Source of the DNA: Shigella phage Sfin-1
DNA length: 50,403 bases
Direction: 5' to 3' (one strand)
Sequence record: NC_047998.1
Shown: piece after piece, positions 33,370 through 43,034 of the stretch
Layout of the letters: each line of letters opens with the position of its first letter
Position numbering within the stretch: position 1 is the stretch's first letter
Notes under the pieces: generated by a model
Database searches by the model: none
Told to the model about the DNA's origin: nothing
Seen by the model: only the letters and a program-made list of their open reading frames with translations
Translations under genes and position numbers: made by a program

Positions 33370-34017
33370 TTATTCAAAGTTGGTGATTGATTGAGATTGT
33401 ACAGGTTTCGCGCTCGTTGCTTCAACCTGTTTTTTCTGTTCCGGTTGCGCCGGGCGAATGCCGCGAGCCTTGCCGATCTCAAACTTCGCCTTCAGTGCGT
33501 TGTAATGATCCTGAATTATTGATTTGCTCGCCGTGTCAGTCTGACGGTAGGCGCTGGCCCATACATCCTTCAGTGATTCGATATCTTCGCACGCATCAAG
33601 TTCTTTTTTCCAGTCCTTGACGGATTTCACTGCAAGCTGCGCATCGTCGTCACTCTGACTAATACCAAGCGCCGCAGCGAGAGAGTAGCGTCGAGCATAA
33701 GTCATTGCGGAACCTACACCTTGAGGATCGCGTTTTGCAATCGGCATCATCATGAAGAATTTGGCCCACTGCCCTGATTTGTGAATCAGCATAGTTTCAA
33801 GATGGAAAGTCGTTTCTGTACTGGTATCCAGCATTGATTGCAGGATCATGATATCGTTATCGGTTAACGCTGGGCTAACTGCCGCCATCATCGCATCAAG
33901 AGTTGCGTATGAGTTCTTCAGGTGATTGTTTTTAGCGTCCTTCTTTGCCTTCGCGAATTTATTTCGAGCATTAAACAGTGCTGGGAGGATTTCGTTTGTT
34001 TCCGGTGATAATTGCAT
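33370..34017 (-). CDS. erf: Erf-family single-strand annealing protein
   Basis: KNSYATLDA and MTYARRYSLAAALGI motifs typical of the Erf family; start at the ATG with AGGAG RBS. Confidence 0.65.
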   Translation of the reverse strand: MQLSPETNEILPALFNARNKFAKAKKDAKNNHLKNSYATLDAMMAAVSPALTDNDIMILQSMLDTSTETTFHLETMLIHKSGQWAKFFMMMPIAKRDPQGVGSAMTYARRYSLAAALGISQSDDDAQLAVKSVKDWKKELDACEDIESLKDVWASAYRQTDTASKSIIQDHYNALKAKFEIGKARGIRPAQPEQKKQVEATSAKPVQSQSITNFE

Positions 34018-34091
34018 CTTAACTTCTCCTGATTGGTGTATGAGGTGCATTATAACACCTCATTAATTATTTGTTTAGCTATTTGTGCCGT

Positions 34092-35156
34092 TTACTTGTT
34101 TTGATATCGTACCCATGACGGCGTTTCAAGTTCGATCTCGCTTGCATCGCCAGCATATCCTGGCCAAACGTCCATCTCAGAGCAAGCCTTATAAGTGTGG
34201 ACTACGCTAATATACTGATTGCGACCTATTCTGATTTGCTCCATAGTCATGCGGTAAGCAAGGGCAATGTAAGGTTCCTTTTTCTCCTGTGCCAGCAATC
34301 GAACTACGATCGGAATATCTTCCGGGAAGTTTCCTTCAAATGCTCCAGCCTGAATTGCACGCCGCAATAGGTCATGCTGTAAGGACATTTTAAGATAATA
34401 CCCGTGATTGTATGCCAGTCTCGGGAACTCTAACGGGTTGGCGCTCATCGTGGTTTTGAAGTCAGTGATAATCAGAGCTTCAGGAAAAATCACGTCTTCA
34501 AATACCGGATCGCCATTCTCATCATAACCAGTCAGCACACGACCTGGAACATTCTCTTTGTAGTCCAAATGGTCAAGTCGAACCTTAACCTTGACGCCGG
34601 ATATCTCACCGAAAATTGAGATCTCACGCTGCGCAGTTTCGCTATTGATGCACGCTTCATGATCTGGGTTTTGCTCAAGAATGGCCCTCATCTTCATGCA
34701 GGCATCATATTTATCAGCGTCAACCAGTTGCTTTCCTTCAGCGCGCGCCTCAGCTTCAGCAATCAGTTCAATGAGATATTGAACATTGAGATCTTCACCG
34801 CAATCAACCATCATTTTGATGAGGTCAGGGTACTGCTTACCGGATGTACCTTTCAGGCCAAAAGATTTTAATTTTGCTGCCAGTGCCGTTTGCGAAGTAA
34901 TAAGATCTTTAAACTCTGACGGAGCAGGACAACGCGCATACGTTGCAGTAAACAGATCTCGACTCTCAAAGTTAGTGTGCGACTGAGTGCCGAACTCCAG
35001 CGCTTTAGTAGTCTCGTTCTTCTTGAATCGCCAGTTAGCCGGGCAAGTCTGATAAATTTCTGCAAGGCTCGAACCGCTTACATACTCTGCCGCCCAACCT
35101 TCGTTGCTATGATACTCGTCATTAGAAAGCTGACTTGATGTGAATACCTGGAACAT
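34092..35156 (-). CDS. Recombination exonuclease (PD-(D/E)xK, YqaJ / lambda-Exo-like)
   Basis: Position upstream of erf and ssb; candidate D...E.K nuclease core (ITDFKTT); GAGGGAG RBS. Confidence 0.5.
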   Translation of the reverse strand: MFQVFTSSQLSNDEYHSNEGWAAEYVSGSSLAEIYQTCPANWRFKKNETTKALEFGTQSHTNFESRDLFTATYARCPAPSEFKDLITSQTALAAKLKSFGLKGTSGKQYPDLIKMMVDCGEDLNVQYLIELIAEAEARAEGKQLVDADKYDACMKMRAILEQNPDHEACINSETAQREISIFGEISGVKVKVRLDHLDYKENVPGRVLTGYDENGDPVFEDVIFPEALIITDFKTTMSANPLEFPRLAYNHGYYLKMSLQHDLLRRAIQAGAFEGNFPEDIPIVVRLLAQEKKEPYIALAYRMTMEQIRIGRNQYISVVHTYKACSEMDVWPGYAGDASEIELETPSWVRYQNK

Positions 35157-35682
35157 TTCGTTTATCTCCCTCGTTTACGATGAATCCATTATAGCCATTA
35201 ACAGCGTTTAGTCAATCGAATACATGTAATTGGTGTGTAATTGCGTGTCTATATCGCTCAAGTTACAACCAGCGCCAATGTAATCAATTACTTAATCCTG
35301 TTTTTATGTTGTGTATATTGCGTAATACTTGTAACCGCTTTTTCTTAGAAATACAAAGATATCCATGAATAGAATCAAGATTGATTATATTTTGAACAAA
35401 TATGATAGAAATTTGACGAATCAATCAAATCACCTGTTACACGATATACAACTGTTACACAACAATAATTATATATATAAAGCTAAAATTAAATATTATC
35501 TATCTATATATATTATATAGAGTTTTTATCATATCCCCCTGCTGTCGGATGGGGTTGATTTTGTAACACCCGTTCCGGTTACAAAAATAGACACCTGTTA
35601 CACGAAAAAATTGTAATCGCGCTATTGCAATAAAAGTAAATGCGACATACAATGAAATCACACTAACGACGAGGACATACAA
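35157..35682. promoter_or_regulatory. Divergent control region B: TA-rich tract, repeated CTGTTACAC / GTTACA half-sites, TTGCAA-17-TACAAT promoter
   Basis: Strand-switch region; CTGTTACAC at 35433, 35451, 35595; GTTACA/TGTAAC core at least 7 times; shares a 16-bp TA-rich element (CTATATATATTATATA) with region A. Confidence 0.55.
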
Positions 35683-35913
35683 ATGAAAAAGTTAATCACC
35701 ATTATCGCTGCGGCATTCATCCTGACTGGTTGTGCTCAGAATCTTAAAAATGGCGACTGCGTTACTTACGCATACGGTTCTTGCATGATGCGATTCGTTG
35801 ATGGTCAAAAGGTTCCTGCTGGCGAAATTGATATGCGATTCAAAGGTCTGTCATCCGACGACGATCAGGGCAACTTTAGCGGCAAGGTGTCAATCAAAAC
35901 TAAAGAGTGGTAA
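35683..35913 (+). CDS. Small lipoprotein, candidate superinfection-exclusion protein (Llp/Cor-like)
   Basis: Signal peptide with lipobox LTGC; 76 aa; adjacent to the tail-tip and receptor-binding region. Confidence 0.5.
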   Translation: MKKLITIIAAAFILTGCAQNLKNGDCVTYAYGSCMMRFVDGQKVPAGEIDMRFKGLSSDDDQGNFSGKVSIKTKEW

Positions 35914-35915
35914 TT

Positions 35916-36872
35916 ATGGGACAAGGAATATATATAAACCTAAACGACGGTCGCCCGGCAATGGAGATAACTTCAGGGCTTCGCGCCCCGTCATGGTGTG
36001 GACCTATACAGGCTGACGGAGTTGATTCATCTGGATCGGTTTTTGATTTTGGTCTGCAAATGAGTCCAGGATCTACCGCTTTTTGCCTTCCATCTCAGGC
36101 TATCTACATAGACGATATGGATTACATCCCGGAGGTGTATTATTTGACTAGTTTTCAGAAGGTCAATGATTCAACCGGACGAATAACGGTAGGTAATTTT
36201 AACGGGCACGGTGGAAGGAGGATGAGATTTTATGGAAACTGCTACGAAATCCTCCCCGCTCAGGCTGGAAATCAGGGGATACTTGTTAACGATTCAACGA
36301 ACTTCGCAGCTATACCGAATAACGCCAGATTGATGAGCGCTGCATTTGTTGGGGGGATTCAGGTTAACGGTCAGGCTCAGTTGCCAGTACAGGGCGTTCC
36401 TTTCGGTATGTGGGATAATCCAAACGTAACACTTGAATCTGACGGCAATACAATATGGTGCAGGGATGCAAACTATAACGGGATTGATGACGTTGGCGCT
36501 AGCGTATACGTGCAACTCGTAATATTTAATAACACTCCACCACCCCCAGGGCCAGGAATAACCATGAGTAATCCTGCTGGTCAGATCGTCTTCTCAAGCG
36601 TTAGACGCCCATTCGTTCTCGGCGGGACTATGGCGATAAATGACGGGTGGCAGTGGTGTGGTGGATTTTTCCCAATACTAAGAACAGGTACGATATGCAG
36701 AGTTACAGGTGGATATAATAACATTCGATACAAGGGCGTGTGTATGAGCGGCGGTAACGTGAGAAGCGCCCCAGGAACAAGAGTAGGTAATTATTCCACC
36801 CAAAGCGGAGCGCAATTCCCCTTCAATATAAACATTTCAATGCCAATTCCTTTCACTCCGAACATGTATTAA
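35916..36872 (+). CDS. Hypothetical protein, candidate receptor-binding / tail-associated protein
   Basis: About 318 aa, Gly/Asn-rich beta-like sequence with a PPPPGPG linker; location beside the J-like gene and lipoprotein; no motif-level support. Confidence 0.35.
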   Translation: MGQGIYINLNDGRPAMEITSGLRAPSWCGPIQADGVDSSGSVFDFGLQMSPGSTAFCLPSQAIYIDDMDYIPEVYYLTSFQKVNDSTGRITVGNFNGHGGRRMRFYGNCYEILPAQAGNQGILVNDSTNFAAIPNNARLMSAAFVGGIQVNGQAQLPVQGVPFGMWDNPNVTLESDGNTIWCRDANYNGIDDVGASVYVQLVIFNNTPPPPGPGITMSNPAGQIVFSSVRRPFVLGGTMAINDGWQWCGGFFPILRTGTICRVTGGYNNIRYKGVCMSGGNVRSAPGTRVGNYSTQSGAQFPFNINISMPIPFTPNMY

Positions 36873-36898
36873 AAAAAGGGGCCAATCGGCCCCTTTCT
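36871..36898. terminator. Bidirectional intrinsic terminator between the 35916 gene and the J-like gene
   Basis: GGGGCC-AATC-GGCCCC hairpin with A7 upstream and a T-rich tract downstream. Confidence 0.7.
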
Positions 36899-36899
36899 G

Positions 36900-39800
36900 T
36901 TACCAGACACCAACAACCACTCGACCCCCGTTAGGTAAGTTGACCGTGATACCGTTATTGTTTATCTGAACCGTGTTATTTGTTCCGTTAAATGCAAACT
37001 CTCCGTTATTTGCGTAAATTCTACCCCTCACGGTTGCATTCATGAATGAAGCGTCGCCATTCTTGTTTATGGCCCACCCATTACTCCCATCCCAATTGTT
37101 AGATTGAATCCAGTTTCCAATCATGGCATTAGTAATAAAGCCATCCTTGATGATCGCACTACTTAGAATAACCTGGCCATTCTCAACAACGAATGGGTAC
37201 TGAGTCTGACCATTCATCCCTGTCATGATTGCAAATCGTGATGCCTCAAACAAAATCTGCGCCTTAACCGCAGCTCCGGAACCAATCAGAGACATAGCCA
37301 TGCCTGCACTGTATTCTTGTCCGTTATACTTCAGACCGAGCTTGACGCCGTACATTGCACCAGTCGAATCCGCATTGCTCCACGAATCAAGTTTTTGAGA
37401 AAGCGCTGCCTCATTATTCCCAAGCCTCGCGCTTAACGACAAGTCAGCTTGCGTTCTCGCCTCAGTCTCGTTTGCTATAGCCTCTCTGATATCAGTCAAA
37501 CTTGCCTGGATATCATCACCAATCTCTGCCTTGAGTTGGTCAATTTCACGCGATAGCGCTCCAGTCTCAGTTGCGATAACTTCACGCAATTCGCTGTTGC
37601 TAGCGCTAATCTGATCGCCAAAACTTGCTTTCAATTGCTCGATCGCCGTCACTCGTGCCTGCGTCTCATCAGCAATAAGTTTCAGTGATTTCGTGTACTC
37701 AGCTTTTCGTTTTCCGTTCTCCTTCTTCATGTAGATCGCGTCTTTGTCATTGGCGAGCGCGTTTTCTATTGCTGCCTCTGCGTTAGCTGCGTTCTGCGCC
37801 GCGTTGTCGGTTGCGTTATCAACAAGCCACTCGTAACCAGGCGAGTTTTCGATATCGACAGAAATCTCCCCAATGATATCGTCAACGTTTGTTGATGCCA
37901 TACCTCTGACAAAATCAGTCCACTGAGACACGTTACCGATCCTATCAACCGTCCTTACCCGATACCACACAATATTCCCGCCCGGCATCGGTGAATGATA
38001 ATACTCATGCTGCGGATACGGGATCAGAGAGAGTAAACTCGCATTGTCAACCGTTCCATCCGGTGACTGTTGCAACTCTGTATAGGCCGTATCTCCAGAA
38101 CCATCAGAGAACCCCCATTTTGTACGGATACCAAAAACAACATCATCCGTAGCTGTAAGGTTAATCGGTCGACCCGGCTCACCTTGTTTGCCCGTCAGCG
38201 TCGCAGCTACGATATTTGACCATCCTGAAGTCGTACCGGAACCAGCTACGGAGCGAACGCGAACCTGATAGTTGCCAGCGTAAATACCTTCAACGTATAC
38301 CTCTTTGTTTGCTGTCTGTGGTACATTTTGCCAGTTGCCATTATCCTTTCTCCACTGAACATCATAGAAAACTGCGTACGGCACTTTATCCCAGCTTACA
38401 ATCATCGTCTCTACGCTCATCCCCTGGACGATTCGTGACTCAGATGACACTTGCACGTTTTCCGGTCTAGGGATCTGGTCTGGTTCAACGATACTCGTCG
38501 GTCTGTCGTCTATGTTCACACCGTAATCAATCTCATCGTACTTGTTAGGATCGTACTCCACCGCAGTAATCTTGTAGGTAAATTCCTCATCGTCATCACC
38601 CTTATCGATTTTTGTCACGACGTACTGCTGTAACGCAATGTCTGTGCGGTCGATAGCGAATACCGTGTTAGGCTTCACAGGAAAGCCAAAGCCAATGTTA
38701 ACCTCTATAGTCTTACCATCCGCACTAACACTTGAGATTGTGCGCTTCACGGGCTTGCCATCTGGCTTATTTACGATAATAAAGTCACCCGCGCGTGCAT
38801 CCACCCGGAACGGCAAGAAAATCTGACTTCCAGACACTTCGAGCAAGCGCCCTGATAGGTTCATCGTCAAGTTACTTGACCAGAAGTTATCAGCTATTGC
38901 CACAACATCTCCGATTGTCGGGATCATACCCTCAAGACCGGTAGCGAAGTTTACCGTAGTGCTGCGGAGGTTGGTTTTCAGAATCCATCTCCCGCGTCGG
39001 TTGGCCTCGCTTCGACGTGTGCAACCGATCGCTGTAATGCTGGTTACGTTATTACCGAACCGCAGAGTCGCCTCACGATCGAATACTGGCTCAACGTCCT
39101 GTTGATACATGTTTTGCTCGTCGTCAAACATCACGTTACACGTCGTGTACATACTCTTTTCGCTTGCGAACGTATAGGAGAAGTCACCATTAACAACGTT
39201 GTCGTTAGTGAAGATGTAAGCAGGCTCACGCGGTCTGTCGATGATTACCGAGATGCTTTCGCCATTCCAGAAGCTCATACCACGGAAGATTGAGCAAATA
39301 TCTCGAATCACCTTATACGCATCAGTCTGTGACTGAATTATCACGTCGCAAAGGTAGCGAGGCTCCGTACCGCCTTTCCCGTCAGGAACCATCTGGTCGC
39401 AATATTGCGCCGCCTCATATAGCGCCCATTTATCGACAGATATTCCAAGCTCTTTCTGATCCAGCCCGTAACGCTGATTAATCATCAAGTCATAAAGAAC
39501 CCAAGCCGGATTATTAGTCCACGCCTTCTTAAAAGTGCCATCCCAATTTCCGTTATAAGTTCGTGATTCCGGATCGTAGTTTGACGGAACGTTTACAATT
39601 TTCCAGCGCTTACGAATTGAGATCGTAGGTAACTGGTTTGGGAACATCTTCGAGTCGAACTCTACGAAAAGAAGACCTGTCAGAGGGTAACGGAATTTGG
39701 CATCAATCACCTCGGCATAGCTCTTTACCTGAATCGCATCAACAACGTTTGAATTATCAGAATCTGGAGTCTTTCGAACAATCCTGAATATAACCTGGTT

Positions 39801-40349
39801 ATTGAAGTTTGGCAGGTTTACACGACGGCTTCGATCGTAACCTGACATTGTTTTGCCTTCGATTACGTCAGTAAGAATAGTCTCAAACGAACCACTATCA
39901 ACCGCTTGCTGCACTTCGTACTCAACGCGAACGCCGTTTTTATCGCCGTTGCTTTCAATGCGTACGCCGCGAGGCATGAACATTTTAATACGGATTGCCG
40001 ACAGCGTCTTGTTGGTTACTGAGATCGTGTATGGATTATCGGTAGTAATCTCACGGTTTACAGTTACCTCGCTGGAGCTATCCTCCATGCCCTTAATGTA
40101 TTCCTGAGTCTGCGTACCCGGCCTGAACTCTGCTGTTACGCCCTCAAAGTTAAAAGAGCCATCCTCGTTTTGCACCGGGACTGAGTTAAACATCAGTTGC
40201 TTAAGGTTGAATGTTTCGTCAACCTCGCCATCAGATACTGCCAGAAGAATTTTGATTTTGTTGATTGAGATTAGATTATCTTCCATCTCAACTGGCTTAT
40301 GCGGCTTTTGTGATCCACCTTTAGATCCACTTATCACTTTTTGAATCAT
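36900..40349 (-). CDS. Tail tip / host-specificity protein (lambda J-like)
   Basis: 1149 aa; last gene of the tail module after the I/K/L/M homologs. Confidence 0.85.
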   Translation of the reverse strand: MIQKVISGSKGGSQKPHKPVEMEDNLISINKIKILLAVSDGEVDETFNLKQLMFNSVPVQNEDGSFNFEGVTAEFRPGTQTQEYIKGMEDSSSEVTVNREITTDNPYTISVTNKTLSAIRIKMFMPRGVRIESNGDKNGVRVEYEVQQAVDSGSFETILTDVIEGKTMSGYDRSRRVNLPNFNNQVIFRIVRKTPDSDNSNVVDAIQVKSYAEVIDAKFRYPLTGLLFVEFDSKMFPNQLPTISIRKRWKIVNVPSNYDPESRTYNGNWDGTFKKAWTNNPAWVLYDLMINQRYGLDQKELGISVDKWALYEAAQYCDQMVPDGKGGTEPRYLCDVIIQSQTDAYKVIRDICSIFRGMSFWNGESISVIIDRPREPAYIFTNDNVVNGDFSYTFASEKSMYTTCNVMFDDEQNMYQQDVEPVFDREATLRFGNNVTSITAIGCTRRSEANRRGRWILKTNLRSTTVNFATGLEGMIPTIGDVVAIADNFWSSNLTMNLSGRLLEVSGSQIFLPFRVDARAGDFIIVNKPDGKPVKRTISSVSADGKTIEVNIGFGFPVKPNTVFAIDRTDIALQQYVVTKIDKGDDDEEFTYKITAVEYDPNKYDEIDYGVNIDDRPTSIVEPDQIPRPENVQVSSESRIVQGMSVETMIVSWDKVPYAVFYDVQWRKDNGNWQNVPQTANKEVYVEGIYAGNYQVRVRSVAGSGTTSGWSNIVAATLTGKQGEPGRPINLTATDDVVFGIRTKWGFSDGSGDTAYTELQQSPDGTVDNASLLSLIPYPQHEYYHSPMPGGNIVWYRVRTVDRIGNVSQWTDFVRGMASTNVDDIIGEISVDIENSPGYEWLVDNATDNAAQNAANAEAAIENALANDKDAIYMKKENGKRKAEYTKSLKLIADETQARVTAIEQLKASFGDQISASNSELREVIATETGALSREIDQLKAEIGDDIQASLTDIREAIANETEARTQADLSLSARLGNNEAALSQKLDSWSNADSTGAMYGVKLGLKYNGQEYSAGMAMSLIGSGAAVKAQILFEASRFAIMTGMNGQTQYPFVVENGQVILSSAIIKDGFITNAMIGNWIQSNNWDGSNGWAINKNGDASFMNATVRGRIYANNGEFAFNGTNNTVQINNNGITVNLPNGGRVVVGVW

Positions 40350-40397
40350 GATGCTTACCTTTTTGTGCTATTTATCGGTGGACTCATTATACAGGCG

Positions 40398-40421
40398 AAA
40401 AAAAACCCGCGCAAGGCGGGT
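40398..40421 (-). terminator. Intrinsic terminator (CCCGC-GCAA-GGCGGG hairpin plus U8)
   Basis: Strong hairpin and 8 T on the minus strand after the gpI-like gene; core identical to the hairpin at 42583..42597. Confidence 0.65.
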
Positions 40422-40426
40422 TAATT

Positions 40427-41026
40427 TTAACTCATATCCTCGGCATAAGAACCTGCCGAGAAAGTTGCGCCACCTCCGGCGCGATATCCATATGGGATCG
40501 GGAGAGGGTATCCCGCCGCCGTAGTATTGACAGCACCACCGAACGCGTACGAAGGTTTATTCTTGCTTGACTGAACCTCAAAATTTGCGCCTCCAGGCTG
40601 CGGTGAAATCATCTGCATCACGCCGCCCAGCACCATAGCGCCGCCCATCATAAACAGAGACGAGGACATTGTTCCCATTAACGCCAGAGATGCGCCGCCA
40701 GTATAGAACGCAGCAACCATTATTGCCGCACCCAATACAACCTGGAATAGACCGCCTGACTTAGAACCAGTCGGGATCGGGACAATCCTTATCTCTTTGG
40801 CACACTTGAATTTTTCCTCTTCATGGTGTCCAACGTTAACGCCATCCACAAATATTGCAAACTTGCTACGTGATCCGACCTCACTTTGCATATATTCTTT
40901 GAATCCATCCACTTGACTTGATAGCGCCCGGATAGCTTCCGGGTAAGAGTCAACGGCGAATCTGTGAAATACGCCGAAGCGCCTTCCAAGTGAACCGGAT
41001 AATTTGATTACTTTTACATCATTCAT
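40427..41026 (-). CDS. Tail assembly protein (lambda gpI-like)
   Basis: Gly-rich hydrophobic central region; position after the gpK homolog. Confidence 0.7.
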   Translation of the reverse strand: MNDVKVIKLSGSLGRRFGVFHRFAVDSYPEAIRALSSQVDGFKEYMQSEVGSRSKFAIFVDGVNVGHHEEEKFKCAKEIRIVPIPTGSKSGGLFQVVLGAAIMVAAFYTGGASLALMGTMSSSLFMMGGAMVLGGVMQMISPQPGGANFEVQSSKNKPSYAFGGAVNTTAAGYPLPIPYGYRAGGGATFSAGSYAEDMS

Positions 41027-41757
41027 AATTTAAGATCCTTATGGCGAACAATTAAAACAGTATGATCCTGATACCAGCCGGAATAGATATCACGTCGCGA
41101 AAGTTTGCCAAAGGCGTGATGCAAGATCTGATTATCACCCAGGTAAATCCCTGCGTGGTTCCATACCGGAACATTTTGCCCTATCTGCATGATTACCATA
41201 TCCCCGAATGATGGGTTATTCTGATCTGGAATCTCAACGAATCCATCTTGCTTGTAATAATCCTGATAGAGATTAATTCCGTACTCAGGTTTCCACCATT
41301 CAAAATTCAATCGGCGATCGCGTAACTCTACGCCGTGCTCTTTGTGCCACGCCATTACTAGCCCGTAACAGTCAAATGAGCCTAACGACCACGGTCGACC
41401 AATCAGAGGTAATTTCTCAGGCTTAACAAATCGCATATCTCCTTCCGGTACGCTAACAATAATCCAGGTAAGTTCCATCTCGTTGCACATGCATGTGTCG
41501 TGCGCACTGGGAAGAGTTGTAGCCCCGTCTCCTGTGTGGCTGTGAACGATCGCAATCGTGGTTGAGTCTGCGTCATCCTCAATACATGCGTATTGCACTG
41601 CGTCCATCATGAAATGATTCTCAGGATCGCGATGCACGTTATCAATGCGATGGTATTTTTGCACGCGTCCTTTTTGGGTAACTACCCCGCAGCATTCGCG
41701 GGGGTATTCTTCTTGAGCGTGAGTCATGATTTCAAGTTTAATTTTTGCATTAATCAT
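41023..41757 (-). CDS. Tail assembly protein (lambda gpK-like, MPN/JAB plus NlpC/P60 domains)
   Basis: JAB-like HSHT...S.HD motif and NlpC/P60-like Cys/His (DCYGLV...H.GIYLG...HH). Confidence 0.8.
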   Translation of the reverse strand: MINAKIKLEIMTHAQEEYPRECCGVVTQKGRVQKYHRIDNVHRDPENHFMMDAVQYACIEDDADSTTIAIVHSHTGDGATTLPSAHDTCMCNEMELTWIIVSVPEGDMRFVKPEKLPLIGRPWSLGSFDCYGLVMAWHKEHGVELRDRRLNFEWWKPEYGINLYQDYYKQDGFVEIPDQNNPSFGDMVIMQIGQNVPVWNHAGIYLGDNQILHHAFGKLSRRDIYSGWYQDHTVLIVRHKDLKL

Positions 41758-42536
41758 TGATTTTTCCTCTGTAGTGAAGCAACCGCGCAGCCGCCAAAAT
41801 CCAGTTCATTGTTTGCGCCGAATCGCAGGCGGCAGGCCGTTACCGTGCCTGGGCAGAAATCCAAAGCAGGATCGTCTACCGGATTATTGTCTTTGTCAAA
41901 ATAACCGTTTTGCCCGTTGTATCCGCAGCCTTTCCCGGTTTTATACCATCCCCGCTGCGCCCAATAGCAAACGCTTTGCGTTAGTCGAGACGGGATCATG
42001 ATGCCATCCATATCATACGGAGACGTGAGATCGAATCGGGCGACGCTCTTATCGACATAGCTCGGGCGTTCGATATAGTATACCAGTTTGCGGTAAGCGC
42101 CGTCAGCTATTGAGCCGTCAGGTTGAATTAAGTCCTTTTGAGTGATCCAGATTGTCACCTTAGCTTGCATCAATCCGTTATATGATCGAATCATTGCAGA
42201 TACTCTGCTATCAATGTTCGCCACCGTCAACTGTGGTTTTGTTGCCTTGCCGGAACTATCAAACGAGATCCCGGATATGCCGAACGGGCGCGCTCCATAT
42301 TGCTCCCCACGGAATGTAATTTCTTTCGGCGGCAGCGTTCCAGTTTGCTGGGCCTGCATGATTTCCTCTGGAGTGTACTGGATATTCTCTCCGTGGAATC
42401 GATACACCTGAGCGCCGAACTTGCTACCATCCACTTCGATCAGAGTGATAATCTCTCCAGGATACAGTGATTGCAGGCAGTTATGAAACAGGCTCTTTCC
42501 GCTTTCTTCATCATACAGTTTTTTGTTTTCGCTCAT
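41754..42536 (-). CDS. Minor tail protein (lambda gpL-like)
   Basis: C-terminal Cys cluster (CYWAQ...C.Y...C...C...C); start at the ATG with AGAGGA RBS. Confidence 0.75.
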   Translation of the reverse strand: MSENKKLYDEESGKSLFHNCLQSLYPGEIITLIEVDGSKFGAQVYRFHGENIQYTPEEIMQAQQTGTLPPKEITFRGEQYGARPFGISGISFDSSGKATKPQLTVANIDSRVSAMIRSYNGLMQAKVTIWITQKDLIQPDGSIADGAYRKLVYYIERPSYVDKSVARFDLTSPYDMDGIMIPSRLTQSVCYWAQRGWYKTGKGCGYNGQNGYFDKDNNPVDDPALDFCPGTVTACRLRFGANNELDFGGCAVASLQRKNQ

Positions 42537-42576
42537 TGATTTTTCCTCTTGTTTGCCTGCAACCATTCTACAGCTA

Positions 42577-42598
42577 CAAAAAACCCGCGCAAGGCGGG
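42577..42598 (-). terminator. Intrinsic terminator, duplicate of the hairpin at 40406..40420
   Basis: Identical CCCGCGCAAGGCGGG stem-loop followed by U6. Confidence 0.55.
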
Positions 42599-42614
42599 CT
42601 TTTGTCATAAGGTG

Positions 42615-42968
42615 CTACTCCATAGATGTAAACTGCTCCATAAACGTGACGTTAATCTCCATCACGTCGCGTGATACTGGCTTCGCACCCAAGCTGTTAG
42701 GCTTGACTACCCATACCCCGATCTTACCGTCCGGTGGAGTCCATGCGAACGGCTTTATGCGGTGAGAGTTGCAGAAGTCGTAAACAGACATGAAATCTTC
42801 CCCAGCATAGACAACTGAATACTCGCGTCGCGTGGTGTTAAATCCAGAAGATGCAAGCTGCATGTAGCCGTTTCCAAACTGTATGGATCTGTCATTGTTG
42901 GTAGTGGTAAGTGAGCCGCCACCCCCTTGAACCTGCGTACACCAACTGAAAGTGTCAAGCGTCGCCAT
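42615..42968 (-). CDS. Minor tail protein (lambda gpM-like)
   Basis: About 117 aa from the ATG with AGGAGG RBS; sits between tape measure and gpL homolog. Confidence 0.65.
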   Translation of the reverse strand: MATLDTFSWCTQVQGGGGSLTTTNNDRSIQFGNGYMQLASSGFNTTRREYSVVYAGEDFMSVYDFCNSHRIKPFAWTPPDGKIGVWVVKPNSLGAKPVSRDVMEINVTFMEQFTSME

Positions 42969-43034
42969 TATTAGCCTCCTGTTTTTCCTGAATGTAATTG
43001 TAAACCTCACCGCCCTGCGAACAAGACTCTCGAA

